DNA of 34,145 nucleotides from Kipferlia bialata (Eukaryota). The stretch lies in assembly GCA_003568945.1 (NCBI GenBank), contig BDIP01000070.1, forward strand, positions 1-34,145, read 5' to 3'. Of this stretch, positions 12,296 to 25,972 are shown piece by piece. The position numbers and the translations under genes are program-made. Position 1 is the first letter of the stretch. Each line of letters starts with the position of its first letter. Under the pieces are notes generated by a model. It was given only the letters and a program-made list of their open reading frames with translations. It ran no database searches and was not told where the DNA came from.

Positions 12296-12354
12296 ATGTT
12301 AATACAAGAGATTATAACTTTCTCAACATATGTATAACCTCTGTCTCACTGTAG

Positions 12355-15300
12355 GTTCTCCACCGTGCTTGTGCTGCCTAGTGCCAGTGAGGTCTATGAC
12401 GCACAGGCCAAGGTATACATCCGTATCCTTTGAGACATATCATGTTACCTGTATGCTCTCTGAATATTCGGATTTCGCTTACCCCTCAGGACAGACAGGC
12501 CTCTGCCACCAACGAATTGATTTGAATCGTCTTGTACTATAGTATTTTCATTAATGCACTCCTGGATCATGCGTCATGGACTATCTATCTATCAATCTAT
12601 CTATATGTCTAACCATCAGGACAGACAGGCCTCTGCCACCAACACAGCTGAGGGAGGACTGCTCACGCTGCTCAAGGGTATGTGTAGTATTTATAACACG
12701 TAGAGACATACAATGTGTGTGTTTTGTATTTATATACACTTAGGGAGGTCGGCTCACACTGCTCAACGGTACAGGTCATACTCAGAGCATTAGTCTTGGA
12801 TTTTGAATGAACGAACAGTCATATTCTGTAAACTCATAGGGATAATTAGTAACTAATTTCTGACGTCAGACCGTATTGTGCGTGTCTCCACTGTTGTTGC
12901 CCCCCCTAGACGTCTACCCATATCCAACATGTTTGAGATGGAGAGGCACAAGGAGACACCCAGGCAGAAGCTGGAGAAGGCCTTTTCTAAGGTAGACTTG
13001 TATATTGTAAATAGAACATATACTCCAGTATTGCATCACCATCAGAATCTAGAGACTCTATACCATTGATATATGTGTTCATTGTTATATATGTTCTCTC
13101 TCATCTTCAGACTGAGAAGCGCCTTCTGAAGAGGCAGCGTGAGTGCCGGAAGGCACTGAAGAGACTGGGACACGGTGAGTGATTGTATTATGATATATAC
13201 CCACATTACCTGCTAGCACTACAAGGTAACGCGTACTCCGTGTATTTTCCGTTGTTCATATATTCCTAACGTCTTTCTTGCATTATCAATGCCCTCACCC
13301 GTGTTGTATATGGCATATGTGTACACATTATGTATCTCTCACCCTCAGGCAAGGAGGACGACAAGGCCAGGCGCAGTGAGGAGGCAAAGTCAAGGCACAT
13401 TAAGGTATACATATATACATGTATATACTTGAGCCTATGGAATGTTGTACACATTGTGAGGCTAAGACAAGGCACATCAAGGTGTACTTCTCACGTTGAG
13501 ATAATTTCTTATCCTAATATATACATATATATTCCATATAACCTCCAGGCCGAGCTGATGGCCAACCAGCAGCAGTTCGACAAGGACAAGGCAGCACTCA
13601 AGAAGGTACATATAAATACCGCATATGTCGAATTATATATGTATCAGCACATTCATTGTCTAATATCAAATCAACTATCATATATATTACTGTTCGACAA
13701 GAACAAGGTACCAATGAAACAGAATAACAGGGTACTTATTGTGTCTATGGCCGTCAAGAATGATGTGCCCTTTCTATCACAGTATGTCACGTGTATCATA
13801 TGTTTGTGTTGAACCTTACTCTCTACCTTCCCTCTCTATCTTACCCCCAGCCCGAGGTGGACCCTGTTGACAGGGATGCTGGGAATGTACTCGCACTCTA
13901 CAGCACAGCAAAGACAAAGCCTAGGTATGATATATTTATATGTATATATGTTTACATATACGTTAATGTATGTGTACTTGCACTCTACAGCACAGCCAAG
14001 ACAACGCCGAGGTATATATATATACATATATATATGAATTCATATATCAGTGCATATATCAGTGTGATGTTACTCTACAGCACAGCTAAGACAAAACCTA
14101 GGTATGCGTATAGTAGTGTACATTCACTTGCTTAATAGTGATAATGAGTACATATCTGTACTCGCACTCTACAGCACAGCAAAGACAAAGCCTAGGTACA
14201 TCTTTAACGCAGCGGCTTTGTATAATACGTAGTTGGTGTATGCTCTTACTAGATTGCGTCTGTTTGTGGCCAGATCCAATGGTACAAACAATTGTTATGT
14301 GATCATCATTGACTTCTTCAGCAATCCTATTTCTCATTTGTCCTTACTCCCAGGTGTCTGTTTGTGGCCAGGGCCAATGGGACCAAGTGCTTTGCTGCAG
14401 TGACAGACCTGCCAAAGGTACTAATATATGTATTTTCCTATATATATATGAAAGAAGACATCAGACATGGTCGTCTCATGCTTTCACTTTTCCTGATATT
14501 TGTACAACTGTTTACACTATTTGTGTCATGATTATTCTGTATTCAGTGATTTTACAGAGTTTTACACCCACTAACCCTAGCACGAGAGGGATGCCCTTGC
14601 GAAGCACTCCAAGACAGCAGCAGAGGGCAAGACTAACAGGTATATTTATCGATGTATTTTTAACTATATTATACTATAGATATAGTATCATACTATATAT
14701 TGCACTATGGTTATCTCCTATGAGACCCCCATGATGCCATGTGTCACTGTACCTCTTTCTTTTAACTAATAGTAATATACTAATAGTAATATATGTATAA
14801 ATATGTTCAATATATATATATATATATATATGTTAGCCTTACCCCTAGACTTGTCACCTCCTATGAGACCCCCATGATGCCCTATGTCACTGCAACATAT
14901 AATATCATATATATATATATATATATATGTTAAACTCATTCATAGGCTTGTGACCTCCTACGAGACCCCGATGATGCCCTATGTGACCAAGGAGCCCACC
15001 CTTGGCATGGCATCTCCATACAGAGACGTGGTGGTGCAGATCACACCCAGGTAAGAATTCATAACTATATTTAGTATATATATATAATATATATGTAGTT
15101 GTGCCCAAACCCTTGACATGGCATCTCCATACAGAGACGTGGTCGTACAAGTGACACCCAGGTATGTGGTAGTATATATATATATATATACTATAGCACA
15201 TACATATAGTGTACACAGGTGTATATTGATCTCTGCTGGGTGTGTCTAACCCCAGTGGTGTGCATGTGATTGAGGCCAAGCCCCTTGGCAGGGTGGCCAA

Positions 15301-17966
15301 GAAGACACACAAGAAGCATGTCGAGAGAGGTATGTGGTAATATGTATATAAATACCTTTATATATATTGGATACACGAGAATAATTACTGACTCTAGGCA
15401 CCATGACCAGCTACCGTGGTGTGGTCTGTTACACACTGTATATTTTTGTATGTCGTATATACTTATGTGTATACTGACTATAGGCACCATGAACAGTTAC
15501 CGTGGTGTTGTCACCTCTGATACACTATATATATATGTATATAGATAAATATATATATATGTGCAATTTACCTGACTCTAGGTACCATGACCAGCTACCG
15601 TGGTGTGGTCACCTCTGCTGCCACCAGTGACAGTGTCATAGCAACGGTGGAGAGACTACCTAAGGTACTATATATATATAGTCCTAGTATATAGTATATG
15701 TGCTGCCACCAGTGACAGTGTCATAGCTACGGTGGAGAGACTGCCCAAGGTATATTATATATATATATACATATATAGTATATAATATATGCAATGCCAC
15801 CAGTGACAGTGTCATAGCCACAGTGGAGAGACTGTCCAAGGTAAGTATAATGGGAATTATAATAGATCTTCTATTCTATACACAATTATCCTGTAACTCA
15901 GTGTGTTCTAACCCTCAGGAGTTCCTCCCCGTGACTGGCATGGTGGGTGTGCACAGTGCAGTCATAGTCAGGAAGCTGCACAGGTACATTCATACATACT
16001 TTCGCGATACACAGTTCTTACGACGTGTATATTTGAAAACGATATCTTACGCGATACGTGTTCCTCCTCGATGTATATCTGATTCTCTTACCGCTAGGGA
16101 GCGTGTCCCAGAGCCAGAGAGGGAGAAGGAGAGAGAGAGGCGGAGGTCCAAGGCTGACAGCACCCAGTACAGGCTCCACTTCACAAGGACGGTCATCCCA
16201 ATTCCAGAGTGCGTTCTGTATATGAGCATGTTCTTCACTTATACCGGCATTCCGGCACTTTGTATATATGTATGTTTTAGATGATGCATGTACTGAGTCT
16301 CTCTCCTCACCCCCAGTGGTGTTGTCCCCTCCTCTGTGTCACTGACACACCACACACCAGACGTGCACGGGGAAGGTACAATATTGCAAATACAGTTATA
16401 CATAGTCATCCAAATGTCTTCACATTTGTAAGATATATATGTACACGTGTACTGAATTGTGTTCAGTGATAGCAGCAAGCCCAACTTTGTTTGTCATATG
16501 TATTTTCATGGTCTATATGTATATACATATAGATTCATATATACATATGTATGTATGTTTATACATTTACGTATGCTTATCCTCAGGCTCCTCCCTCTGT
16601 GTCCTGCTGTCCACTAAATATTTGCAAACATAATATTCAATATATATATATATATGCATACAATTATGATATATACATATAAGTGTATATAACCTTACAT
16701 CAGGTTCCACTCTGTGTGTCCTGCTGTCCACCAGGAATATGCATACACAGTATTCAATATAATATAATTATATTTCAATATAATATATATATACTCATAT
16801 TTATATGATATATATATATATATATATTGTATTGTCTTATCCTCAGGCTCCACCCTGTGTGTCCTGCTGTCCACCAGGAATGGGTCTGTGCTGGCCTATG
16901 ACCTGTCAGACTCAGACATCAGGCACAGGCACCCATCAGAGTGCGCAGTCACTAGGTATATTGTATTATTATATATGTGTATATATATGTATACATTTGT
17001 GTGTATATGCTTATACAAGGTATATTTACACGTATTCATTGTTGTGCACATGTTATATAGTACTATTCCGTTGGTATTAATTTTGCTCACCCCCAGGGGT
17101 GGTGATGACGAGAGCACCTCCGAGAAACCCGAGACCACCAAGACATCTAGCCGCGCAAAGTCAACGCCCGTCAAGAAGTCAACGCCAGTCAAGACTGAGG
17201 ATGGGGATGTTGTGATGGTCAAGACCGAAGAGGCTGAGGTTGTTGTGGATGTCACTGAGGAGATAGAGGAGGAGAGAGAGAGAGAGGTGCTGTCGGAGGA
17301 GACACTGTTGGAGACTCTCCATGACACTATCAGCTGGAGCTGCAAGATAGGTATGTCTGTCTTGTATTATATATGAATAATCTTCTTCTGACAACCCAGG
17401 TTCTGGCAACTCTGTGCTGAGTGCCTGTACGGTGCCCATGTCCCATGCACAGTACTCGATGGAGGTATATTTTAAATAGTATTTGATATACATATTTATG
17501 TATATATCATATGTATATATAATATATATAAATACATATACTATGTACAGGCACTGTGCCCATGTCCCATGCACAGTACTCAATGGAGGTACATTTAATA
17601 TATATGATATATATATATATGTATATATATCACATGTATAATTAGTATATATATATATACATATACTATGTACAGGCACTGTGCCCATGTCCCATGCACA
17701 GTACTCGATGGAGGTACATGATATAGTAGTAATGAGTCTATGCATGAAGTATATTATGAACAGGTATTGTATGCAAATGACACACTCAGTATTCATTGCA
17801 AGTACCCGCAGTGTGTTTGTATATATAGATAAAGTGGGGTATGTTGGTTTGTGTTTCTGATATCAGGAGGCCGAGAGACTGGCCAAGACACAGGCACAGA
17901 CAGAGGGAGAGGAGGGCAAGACGGCAGAGGTATACATGATATGTACATATATACATGCATTGATTG

Positions 17967-18009
<43 letters not shown>

Positions 18010-21000
18010 CTGGCCAAGGCACAGGCTGAGGGAGAGGAGGGCAAGAAGGCAGAGGTATGAGTGCAGTACCAGCATTTGAACATATATATCTTTTGCACCA
18101 ATACCAGCCCGAGCCCCTGTTTGGGGTGTACAGTGCCACCCTGCACTACTCTAGTTCACTGTATATATAGAAACTCTATTATTGCATATATATATATATA
18201 TATAAGTATGTTCTAATGTATCAGCCCGAGCCCCTGTTTGGGGTGTACAGTGCCACCCTGCACTGCTTCCCACCAGCACTCACAGCACCCGACCTGGAGA
18301 TGAACAGGTGTGTATGTGTGTGTGTAGTAATGTATAGAGAAATGTATATATATACACATGTGATATAGATCTGAGTGCATATATGTGTATTATCGAGTAT
18401 TCATTCACTCACTATCAGGCTACACTCCATCTACATGCCAGTGGCCCTGACTTCTGGCGAGCAGATGCTGTACAGACTCAACCTGACAAGGGGGGAGAGA
18501 GCGGGAGAGGGAGAGGGAGAGGCCTGTCTCACCCTGAGGAGGGTGTCCAACATACCATCCCCAGTCACACTGAGGTATGTAGTGATATATGTATATATTC
18601 ATTATTCCACAGAGGTACCATTGGTACATTTCTATATAGATGTATCTCACACATCTCACACATTTTTCACAAACACTCTGGTATCCCATGCGCGATACCT
18701 TCATGTACTGAATATACCACTACATGTAGTTGTGTGAATGTCTATACTAACCCCAGACCCACCCGGCCTGTCCTCGATATGTATGACATTATAGTACCAT
18801 TGCGACTATATAGTATATGATATATATATATAGCACTCATTGTATAAATTCATTCTACTAACCCCAGACCCACCCGCCCTGTCATTGATTTGTATGGTAA
18901 TAGTGTCTAAATATCAGTATCGAGTATACTTCCACATGGATACTGACCCCCCAGACCCACCCGCCCTGTCATTGATCTCTATGGCCTTGAGATTGTCAGC
19001 AGGAAGGGGGAGGGCAAGATGGCAGGTACGACTTGTACGATATTGGTATATATTATTATATGACTTGTACGATATTAGTAGATTTTTATATATTATTATT
19101 ACATTATTATTGTATACAAGGTGGAGGACACTACAATAATGTCTCTACGTGAATATGATTATTTTGTGAGCAGGAAGGGGGAGGGCAAGACTACAGGTAT
19201 GCAGTGTATATTGAGGTTGGATGACACTGTACATTCGTCTTATTCCAGACCGCTCCATCACCGACCGTGTTGGCATGTGTGTCTGGTCCACCCACCCATC
19301 CTATGCTGGGCCCATACAGCCCAGAGAGGCCAAGCCTGTGCACATACCTGTGCCTGGACAGATGGTGAGTGCATATATTCACGTATAGTTTGTATATGGT
19401 ACTATGTGCCAGGACAGGTGGTGTGTATGGTATATTTACTTGGAACGATGACTCATCTCTCTTTCTCTCTCTCTCTCTCTCTGATCCCAGGTTGTGGAGG
19501 AGGACCTCCTCCCACCTTCGGAGGTCTCTCCCTCTCTCTATCTATATATATATGTATATCTGTATTAATATATATATGTATATCCCTTAACCCAGGTTGT
19601 TGAGGAGGACCTCCCCCCTGCCCAGGCCTTTGACTTCTCCGGAGGATACCTTTGTATTGGAAAGGCATTTGCAGCAATCATGCCCAAGGTGGGGACATTA
19701 ATTAATATTATATATATATATATATTACATTGGATTTATATAATATATACAGTGAATAAGCATCCGAGGCCTCAATCATACCCAATTTGGGGAAATTCCA
19801 GGAATAGAAGTATATTTTTCATTTGTAATTTGCAGCAATGTACTATTACTATCAGTGGTATCTATTGTATAGAGCCACACCTCCTCTGCCGAGGCTGAAC
19901 CAACTGAGCACCCCCTACTGTATACACACATATACTAGTTTAATACACAGTATACTATATAATATACATATTCTTATATGTAGGGCCACACCTCCTCTGC
20001 CGAGGCTGACCCCACTGAGCACCCCCTAGCCTATATTTTTTACTAGTATATACAGTATTATAGTATATTATAGTAAATAGATATATATATTCTCATGTCC
20101 TAGGGCCACACCTCCTCTGCCGAGGCCGACCCCACTGAGCACCCATTACTATATATATACCAGTGTAGTCTATACAGTATATGTACTGTATATATATATA
20201 CTACATATTCTTATATGTAGGGCCACACCTCCTCTGCCGAGGCCGACCCCACTGAGCACCCATCACTATATATATACCAGTGTAGTCTATACAGTATACN
20301 NNNNNNNNNNNNNNNNNNNNNNNNNNNNNNNNNNNNNNAGTCTATACAGTATACTATATATATATATATTCTTATATGTAGGGACATACCTCCTCTGCCG
20401 AGGCTGACCCCACTGAGCACCCATTGCTATATATATACCAGTGTAGTCTATACAGTATATGTACTATATGTATATATATACTCATTAATAGGGTCACACC
20501 TCCTCTGCCGAGGCTGACCCCACTGAGCACCCATTACTATACACACACATATGCTAGTATAGTATATACTAGTATACTATATATATATACATATTCCTCA
20601 TACCTAGGGACATACCTCCTCTGCCGAGGCCGACCCCACTGAGCACCCCCTGTTGAAGAAGGCAATCCCAGGGTCACTGTTCCTACTCTCCAGTGCTGCC
20701 GCAGGTCTATATGTACATTATAGTAATGGTATACATATATTAATAGAGAGTGACAGAGAGAGATAGTAAGAGAGAGATAGTACCAGGGTCAATGTTCCTT
20801 CTATCCAGTGCTGCAGCAGGTACTGTAAATGTATAATATGTAATAATTGATGACAATAGTCAGTATTCATTTCGACCAACCCCAGGCGACATTGCTCCAG
20901 CTAGGGGCGCGAAGACAGGTAATTCATTGTCAACTCATGTATACATAACTACCAGTGTACTAATGCAACGTGTTCAATACTACTATTTCTATTAATTCAT

Positions 21001-24000
21001 CCTATCCACATAGTTCTGAGACATCCGTACTGACCCCATGTGCCTCCTACCTCCCCGTCAGCACCCTGCTAGCCCCCACCCTACTGGGAGAACCAGCTGT
21101 GTACAGGATAGGGAGACCCACATCACAGGTATTGTTCATCTATATATCCACCTATCCATCTATATATACACCTCGCTCTCTGATACTGATACTGAGACTG
21201 GTAGGGAGACCCACATCTCAGGTACTTCCCATTCCCTAATAACATGTCCCTAATATGTAACACCACATATATGCATATACTGAGTATACTGTAAGAGAGT
21301 GTTGATATCTAACCTCAGTCCAATGTCCCCATGGTCGACTGCCCCCCCATGACCTCTGTCACAGTGGCACATGGGTTTGGATCAAGGCTGATTAGCCCAG
21401 GGGCACTGCCAGGTATAGAGTATATGTATGCATTTGCGCACATATTGGGAACATATATTCTTGTATGGAAACACCAAGGAGCCGTTTGATTATAGGTGTA
21501 TATACAAGTATGGTTGTCATTTGTATCCACTAGTCCGTAGTCCTCTCACAACCAGTCATGTTTGCTGGCAATGGCTCCTCCAAGGATGCCCTGGACGTAG
21601 TGGCCACCCTGGACGTTGGCACAGTGGTCAAGAGCAGCAAGGACAAAGATGGTATGTGGTTTATATATGAGTCCCTTCACTATAACACCGTACATGTAGA
21701 TATGTGTTACAGAGACTATATATGTATATATGATATATGTATACTAATGGTAGGCCGCAACGTCACCTTGGTATGGTATATGTATATAGTATGTATACTA
21801 ATTGTAGGCCGCAACCTCCCTGTGGGTGTGTACAAGTGCATGGACACCTACCCCATATACATATATACATATATACAGTGTCTACAATATATTATAGATT
21901 AGACAATGTACTAATGTACTAATGGTAGGTCGTAATCTCCCTGTTGGTGTGTACAAGTGCATGGACACCTACCCCATATATATTGTAGAGATAATATATA
22001 TTGTAGAATTATATATACAGATAATACCGACACTGATAGCAGGACGCGATCTCCCTGTGGGTGTGTACAAGTGCATGGACACCTACCCCAGTGCCCTTGC
22101 CCTGTCCTCACCCGGTCCATGCATGGCACAGCACACTATAATGCTTCCGCCAGGTGTGTATTTATATATATATATATATATATATGAATATATCTTACTA
22201 TGTGTACATGTACTGCATTATGCTGCCACCAGGTGTGTGCTGTGATATCACATCACCCATTATATCATACCCTTTCTTGTCTCGCTATGTGTATACTATG
22301 TACTATATAATGTTCTCACCCCAGGTGTCTCTGCCAGGGCCATGGCCTATCACAAGTCAACTGACTCCATTCTGCTGGCTGCATACACCACTAGGTATGG
22401 ATAGTATATATACATATATATACATACATACATATATATGAATCTTATGTGACAAGTTATCCTGCTGGCTGCATACACCACGAGGTATTACGAATTTGTA
22501 TTATATACACATACGTATACAATAGTACTAGGAAGTATGATTGTATGCAGCATGGAGTGTTCAACCAAATTCTTTGTATTGACCATTGTATTCATAATCC
22601 CCATCTCACCCTGCAGGATGGAGGTCAGAGAGCCAAGGTCCATACATATACACATTTGTATATATATGTATAGCAATGTTAATATTGTCAACAGTGTACT
22701 GTATAGTGACATATGTATATGTATAAACACACATCTCACCCTGCAGGATGGAGGTCAGAGAGCCCAGGTCAACTGCCAAGGACAACACCAGAGCCGCAGA
22801 CGCCGCTAGGTACTACACTCATATATATATATGGCTAGGTACTATACTCAAATGTGTATATATATATATATATATAAATATAGTCTACATGTATAGTATT
22901 GCAAACAAGCTGAGAGCAGCAGACGCCGCTAGGTATGTTCTTAACGAGATGCATACACTATTCGTAAACTTTCGCTCCAAGTTTTCGTTGAAATTTCTCT
23001 GTCTTCCCTTTTGAATCGTTCTCAGTCCATCCCTGACCCTCTCTATTATTGGTTGTGAATTCATTCAAATCTCTCACCCCAGTCAGGCTGCCGAGGTTGC
23101 ACAGGAGGCCAGGAATATGGGAATGTAAGTGCATTGGCAGTCACTCCATATTTATACGTAGAGAGATCCTTTCCTGCGCAATGGTTAATTCATTAGCTAT
23201 TCTATGACTGTAATTCATCTATCTCATCAGACCTTCTCCCCTGATGCATATAGTTTTGCATGTATGTACGCGCGTGTGTGTGTGATATGTGTTCTTACCC
23301 CTTTGGGAGCCCTCCGAGGCCTTAGCCCGTATACCTATATATATTCGTGAAACAGCATATGTACACATATATATTCGTTCAATGTCTGTATGATAATAAT
23401 CTTACCCTTCAGGGAGCCCTCCGAGGCCCTTGCCCGTATGCCTATTGGTATATATATACACAAGTGAAAAACATTTTGAACTGAGTGTATATAATTGTTC
23501 TCAACCCTTAGGGAGCCCTCTGAGGCCTTAGCCCGTATACCTATATATATTCGTGTAACAACAAATATGTACACGTATATATGTATCGAATGTATGTATT
23601 ATATTAGCCTTACCCTTCAGGGAGCCCTCCGAGGCCCTGGCCCGTATGCCCAAGGTGGAGAGGCCACCCAGTCCACCCCTGCACAGGACAAAGTGAGTGA
23701 TAGCATGCTGTTGGCATAGATGTTGTATTGATTGAAGACCTGTTACAGTACACCCCCTCACCCCCAGTGCAGAGACATATCAATATCATATTCAGTATAC
23801 TAGAGTATATACTAAAGATAATACAGTACCTATAGTACCCCCTCACCCCCAGTGCCGAGAAGGAGTCAGACCCCGAGGCACTGCCCATGTATGCAAGGTG
23901 AGAACCCAGAAGTATACTATATACACTAATACTCTGTAGTGATAACTGTATATGTATATTGGTATATGTATATGTATATACAATTGGGAAGGAGTCAGAC

Positions 24001-25272
24001 CCCGAGGCACTGCCCATGTATGCAAGGTATGGATAATACACGTCATATGTATATATATACTATATATATACTCTAAATATACAGTCAGTTTACCTACTAT
24101 GTCTGTGTAATTATGAGGGAGACAGACCCCGAGGCGCTGTCCGTGTACTCGAGAGCATATGTGTATTGTACTATTACATGATTTGTATATATCCGGTTAT
24201 ACATGTTGCATCTTTGGTGTATGTCTCACCTTAGGGAGCAGCACCGCCTGATCCTGATCTCTGCCTCGACAGGAGAGGTCATGGACTCACACATGATGAG
24301 GTACTTTATATACTGGCATTATGTGTATAGTATGCTAGATAGTGTACACATGCTCTCTGCCTAACCTCCCTAGGGCTCATATTTCTTCCATCTCACCCTC
24401 AGGTCTGCCTATGGCGAGGAGGTCACGTGCATTGCCTCTGGCAATGTCAGAGCGGCATTCCCACAGAGACTGGGTACGATTAGTATACATATCATTGTTG
24501 ATACCCCTACACATATATACACATGTTCATAGATATCAGAGCGGCATTCCCACAGAGACTCGGTACGATGAAGTATCAGTGACTATCACTATGTATTGCT
24601 TGGATGGTGTATCCATCTCTCATCCCCCAGGTGCCCATTGGCGCCCTGCCGCTGACATGCTGGATGCATTTGGAAGGGTTGATAGGAGGTAAGAGTCAAT
24701 ATGGTATACTGCATAGCATGTATATTTACACACACACATATATACACAAATTCATATACGTGTATACATTATGTATATGTCCTATATATCATATGCCACT
24801 GACATGCTGGATGCAGTTGGAAGGGTCAACAGGAGGTATGGTATCACCAAGTTGTCAACATACACAACACTCTCTAGGATTGACCGTATTCACTTCTACA
24901 TGATTGAGTATTTAATAGTCTTTGTAGTATATGATCTTCATACTCCTAGGAACCGATCCGGCACTGAGGTCGATGGCCTCTATATTATATTGCTAACAGA
25001 TATGTACTATATATTGTACTCGCTTAGGAACCGTGCAGGCACTGAGGCCGGTGCCATGTTGAGACTATACTACATATATGTATATATATATATATATAAA
25101 TATATATATGTATTAGTACTATTATATACAATTATTATATACTGTTTTCTTACTCCTAGAAACCGAGCTGGCACTGAGGCCGGTGCCATGCTGAGACTGG
25201 CCTTCCTGGGTGGTAACAGACTGACAGACCAGTGGAAGGAGGTGCTGGTGGTAGGAACTGCATTGGTACAAG
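12355..25272 (+). CDS. CPSF1: CPSF160/Cft1-like (DDB1/SF3B3/CPSF1 superfamily) multi-propeller protein, partial; N-terminus and most of the C-terminal propeller not found
   Basis: About 35-40 spliced exons give motifs in the same order as I recall for CPSF160: YVTKEPTLGMASPYRDVVVQITP (about 14950-15050), LCVLLSTRNGSVLAYDLSD (16848-16955), IYMPVALTSGEQMLYRL (about 18420-18575), FDFSGGYLCIG (about 19595-19688), ARAMAYHKSTDSILLAAYTT (about 22325-22393), EQHRLILISASTGEVMDS (about 24235-24300), EEVTCIAS (about 24403-24472) and KEVLVVGTALVQG (25160-25272). Orthology versus DDB1/SF3B3 is not computed. Confidence 0.65.
13885..14200 (+). repeat. Exon 3' end + donor echoes (three copies after the complete exon)
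   Basis: ACTCTACAGCACAGCNAAGACAANNCCNAG|GTA ends the complete exon at 13924 and recurs ending near 14011, 14101 and 14195. Confidence 0.9.
19870..20650 (+). repeat. Tandem array (about 110-120 bp period) of acceptor + exon-5' echoes ending in the complete exon at 20608
   Basis: Core AG|GGCCACACCTCCTCTGCCGAGGCYGACCCCACTGAGCACCC at about 19872, 19984, 20104, 20221, 20382 and 20492, each running into TA-rich filler. Only the copy at 20608 continues to a donor (about 20704). An N-gap lies inside the array. Confidence 0.92.
23300..23660 (+). repeat. Acceptor + exon-5' echoes (three copies before the complete exon at 23621)
   Basis: GGAGCCCTCYGAGGCCYTNGCCCGTATRCC at about 23306, 23413, 23512 and 23621. 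Confidence 0.9.
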
Positions 25273-25530
25273 GTATGTCTTTTGATGTATATGATGTATT
25301 GTATATATACAGTATATGTATATATACATTGGGTATATGTAGACAGACCAGTGGAAGGAGGTGCTGGTGGTGGGCACTACACTAGGGCAAGGTATGTGTT
25401 ATGTGTGTATATTTTTTTGTTGTGGGATGGGGGGGGGGGGGGGGATAAAAAGATTTTTTTAAAAAAAATTTTTTATCCTCTATTGTATATATACATATGC
25501 ATATATATGGATCATGGGGCTCACTGTTAG

Positions 25531-25972
25531 GGAGGCCCCCAGTAGTGGGTAGACAAACACTGGTCAGTACTGACACCTGTAGTGACTGGTAGTGACTGGT
25601 AGTGACTGGTAGTGACTAGTCAAGGACAGGGCAGACAGCACCCATTGGCCAGGTACTCTATATACATGTATACACCTATATACATGTATATTATGTATTA
25701 CAATACTTTCTCTCTCCTTCAATGTTTTCGTCACTGTATACACACACATATATATATATAAATACACACACACACACGCGCACACACACACACACACATA
25801 TATATATATACATGTATAGACACACATACGTCCTCACCCTCGCTCTTGCTGTGCTTTGTCTATATGTGTCATAGTCATACCACTCACCCAGGCCCTACCC
25901 CACTAGATGCACAGTTCATTGCACCACAAGACGGGCGGGGACAGAGAGAGAGAGGCACCCTCGAGGGGGAAG
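25531..25972 (+). CDS. Orphan exons of uncertain assignment (continuation of gene 3 or 5' part of gene 4)
   Basis: Candidate exons 25531-25548, 25620-25652 and about 25892-25972 can be joined as GRPPVVVKDRADSTHWPGPTPLDAQFIAPQDGRGQRERGTLEGE. The last exon has a CTCAC branch point + CCAG acceptor, a GTATGG donor and downstream echo copies. Its phase does not link cleanly to 26822. Confidence 0.4.
25582..25620. repeat. Short tandem repeat (AGTGACTGGT)x~4
   Basis: Direct reading at about 25581-25620. Confidence 0.85.

Noticed and set aside
17179..17796. 205-aa minus-strand ORF with repeated SIEYCAWDMGTV
   Set aside because: Antisense reading of a plus-strand exon end and its two echoes.
19870..20650. 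CRISPR-like array of ~42-bp repeats with spacers
   Set aside because: The repeat is the 5' end of a coding exon, the spacers resemble each other and are low-complexity, the context is eukaryotic, and no cas genes are present.
6527..25391. Echoes as ordinary mutually exclusive alternative exons
   Set aside because: Most echoes have only one splice site. Most of those with both that I checked (about 6528-6547, 7735-7756, 11943-11982, 21754-21770) would shift the frame.
25443..25478. Hairpin as terminator or MITE end
   Set aside because: No partner terminal repeat or target-site duplication; homopolymer-rich sequence right after a G-run is more consistent with sequencing error.
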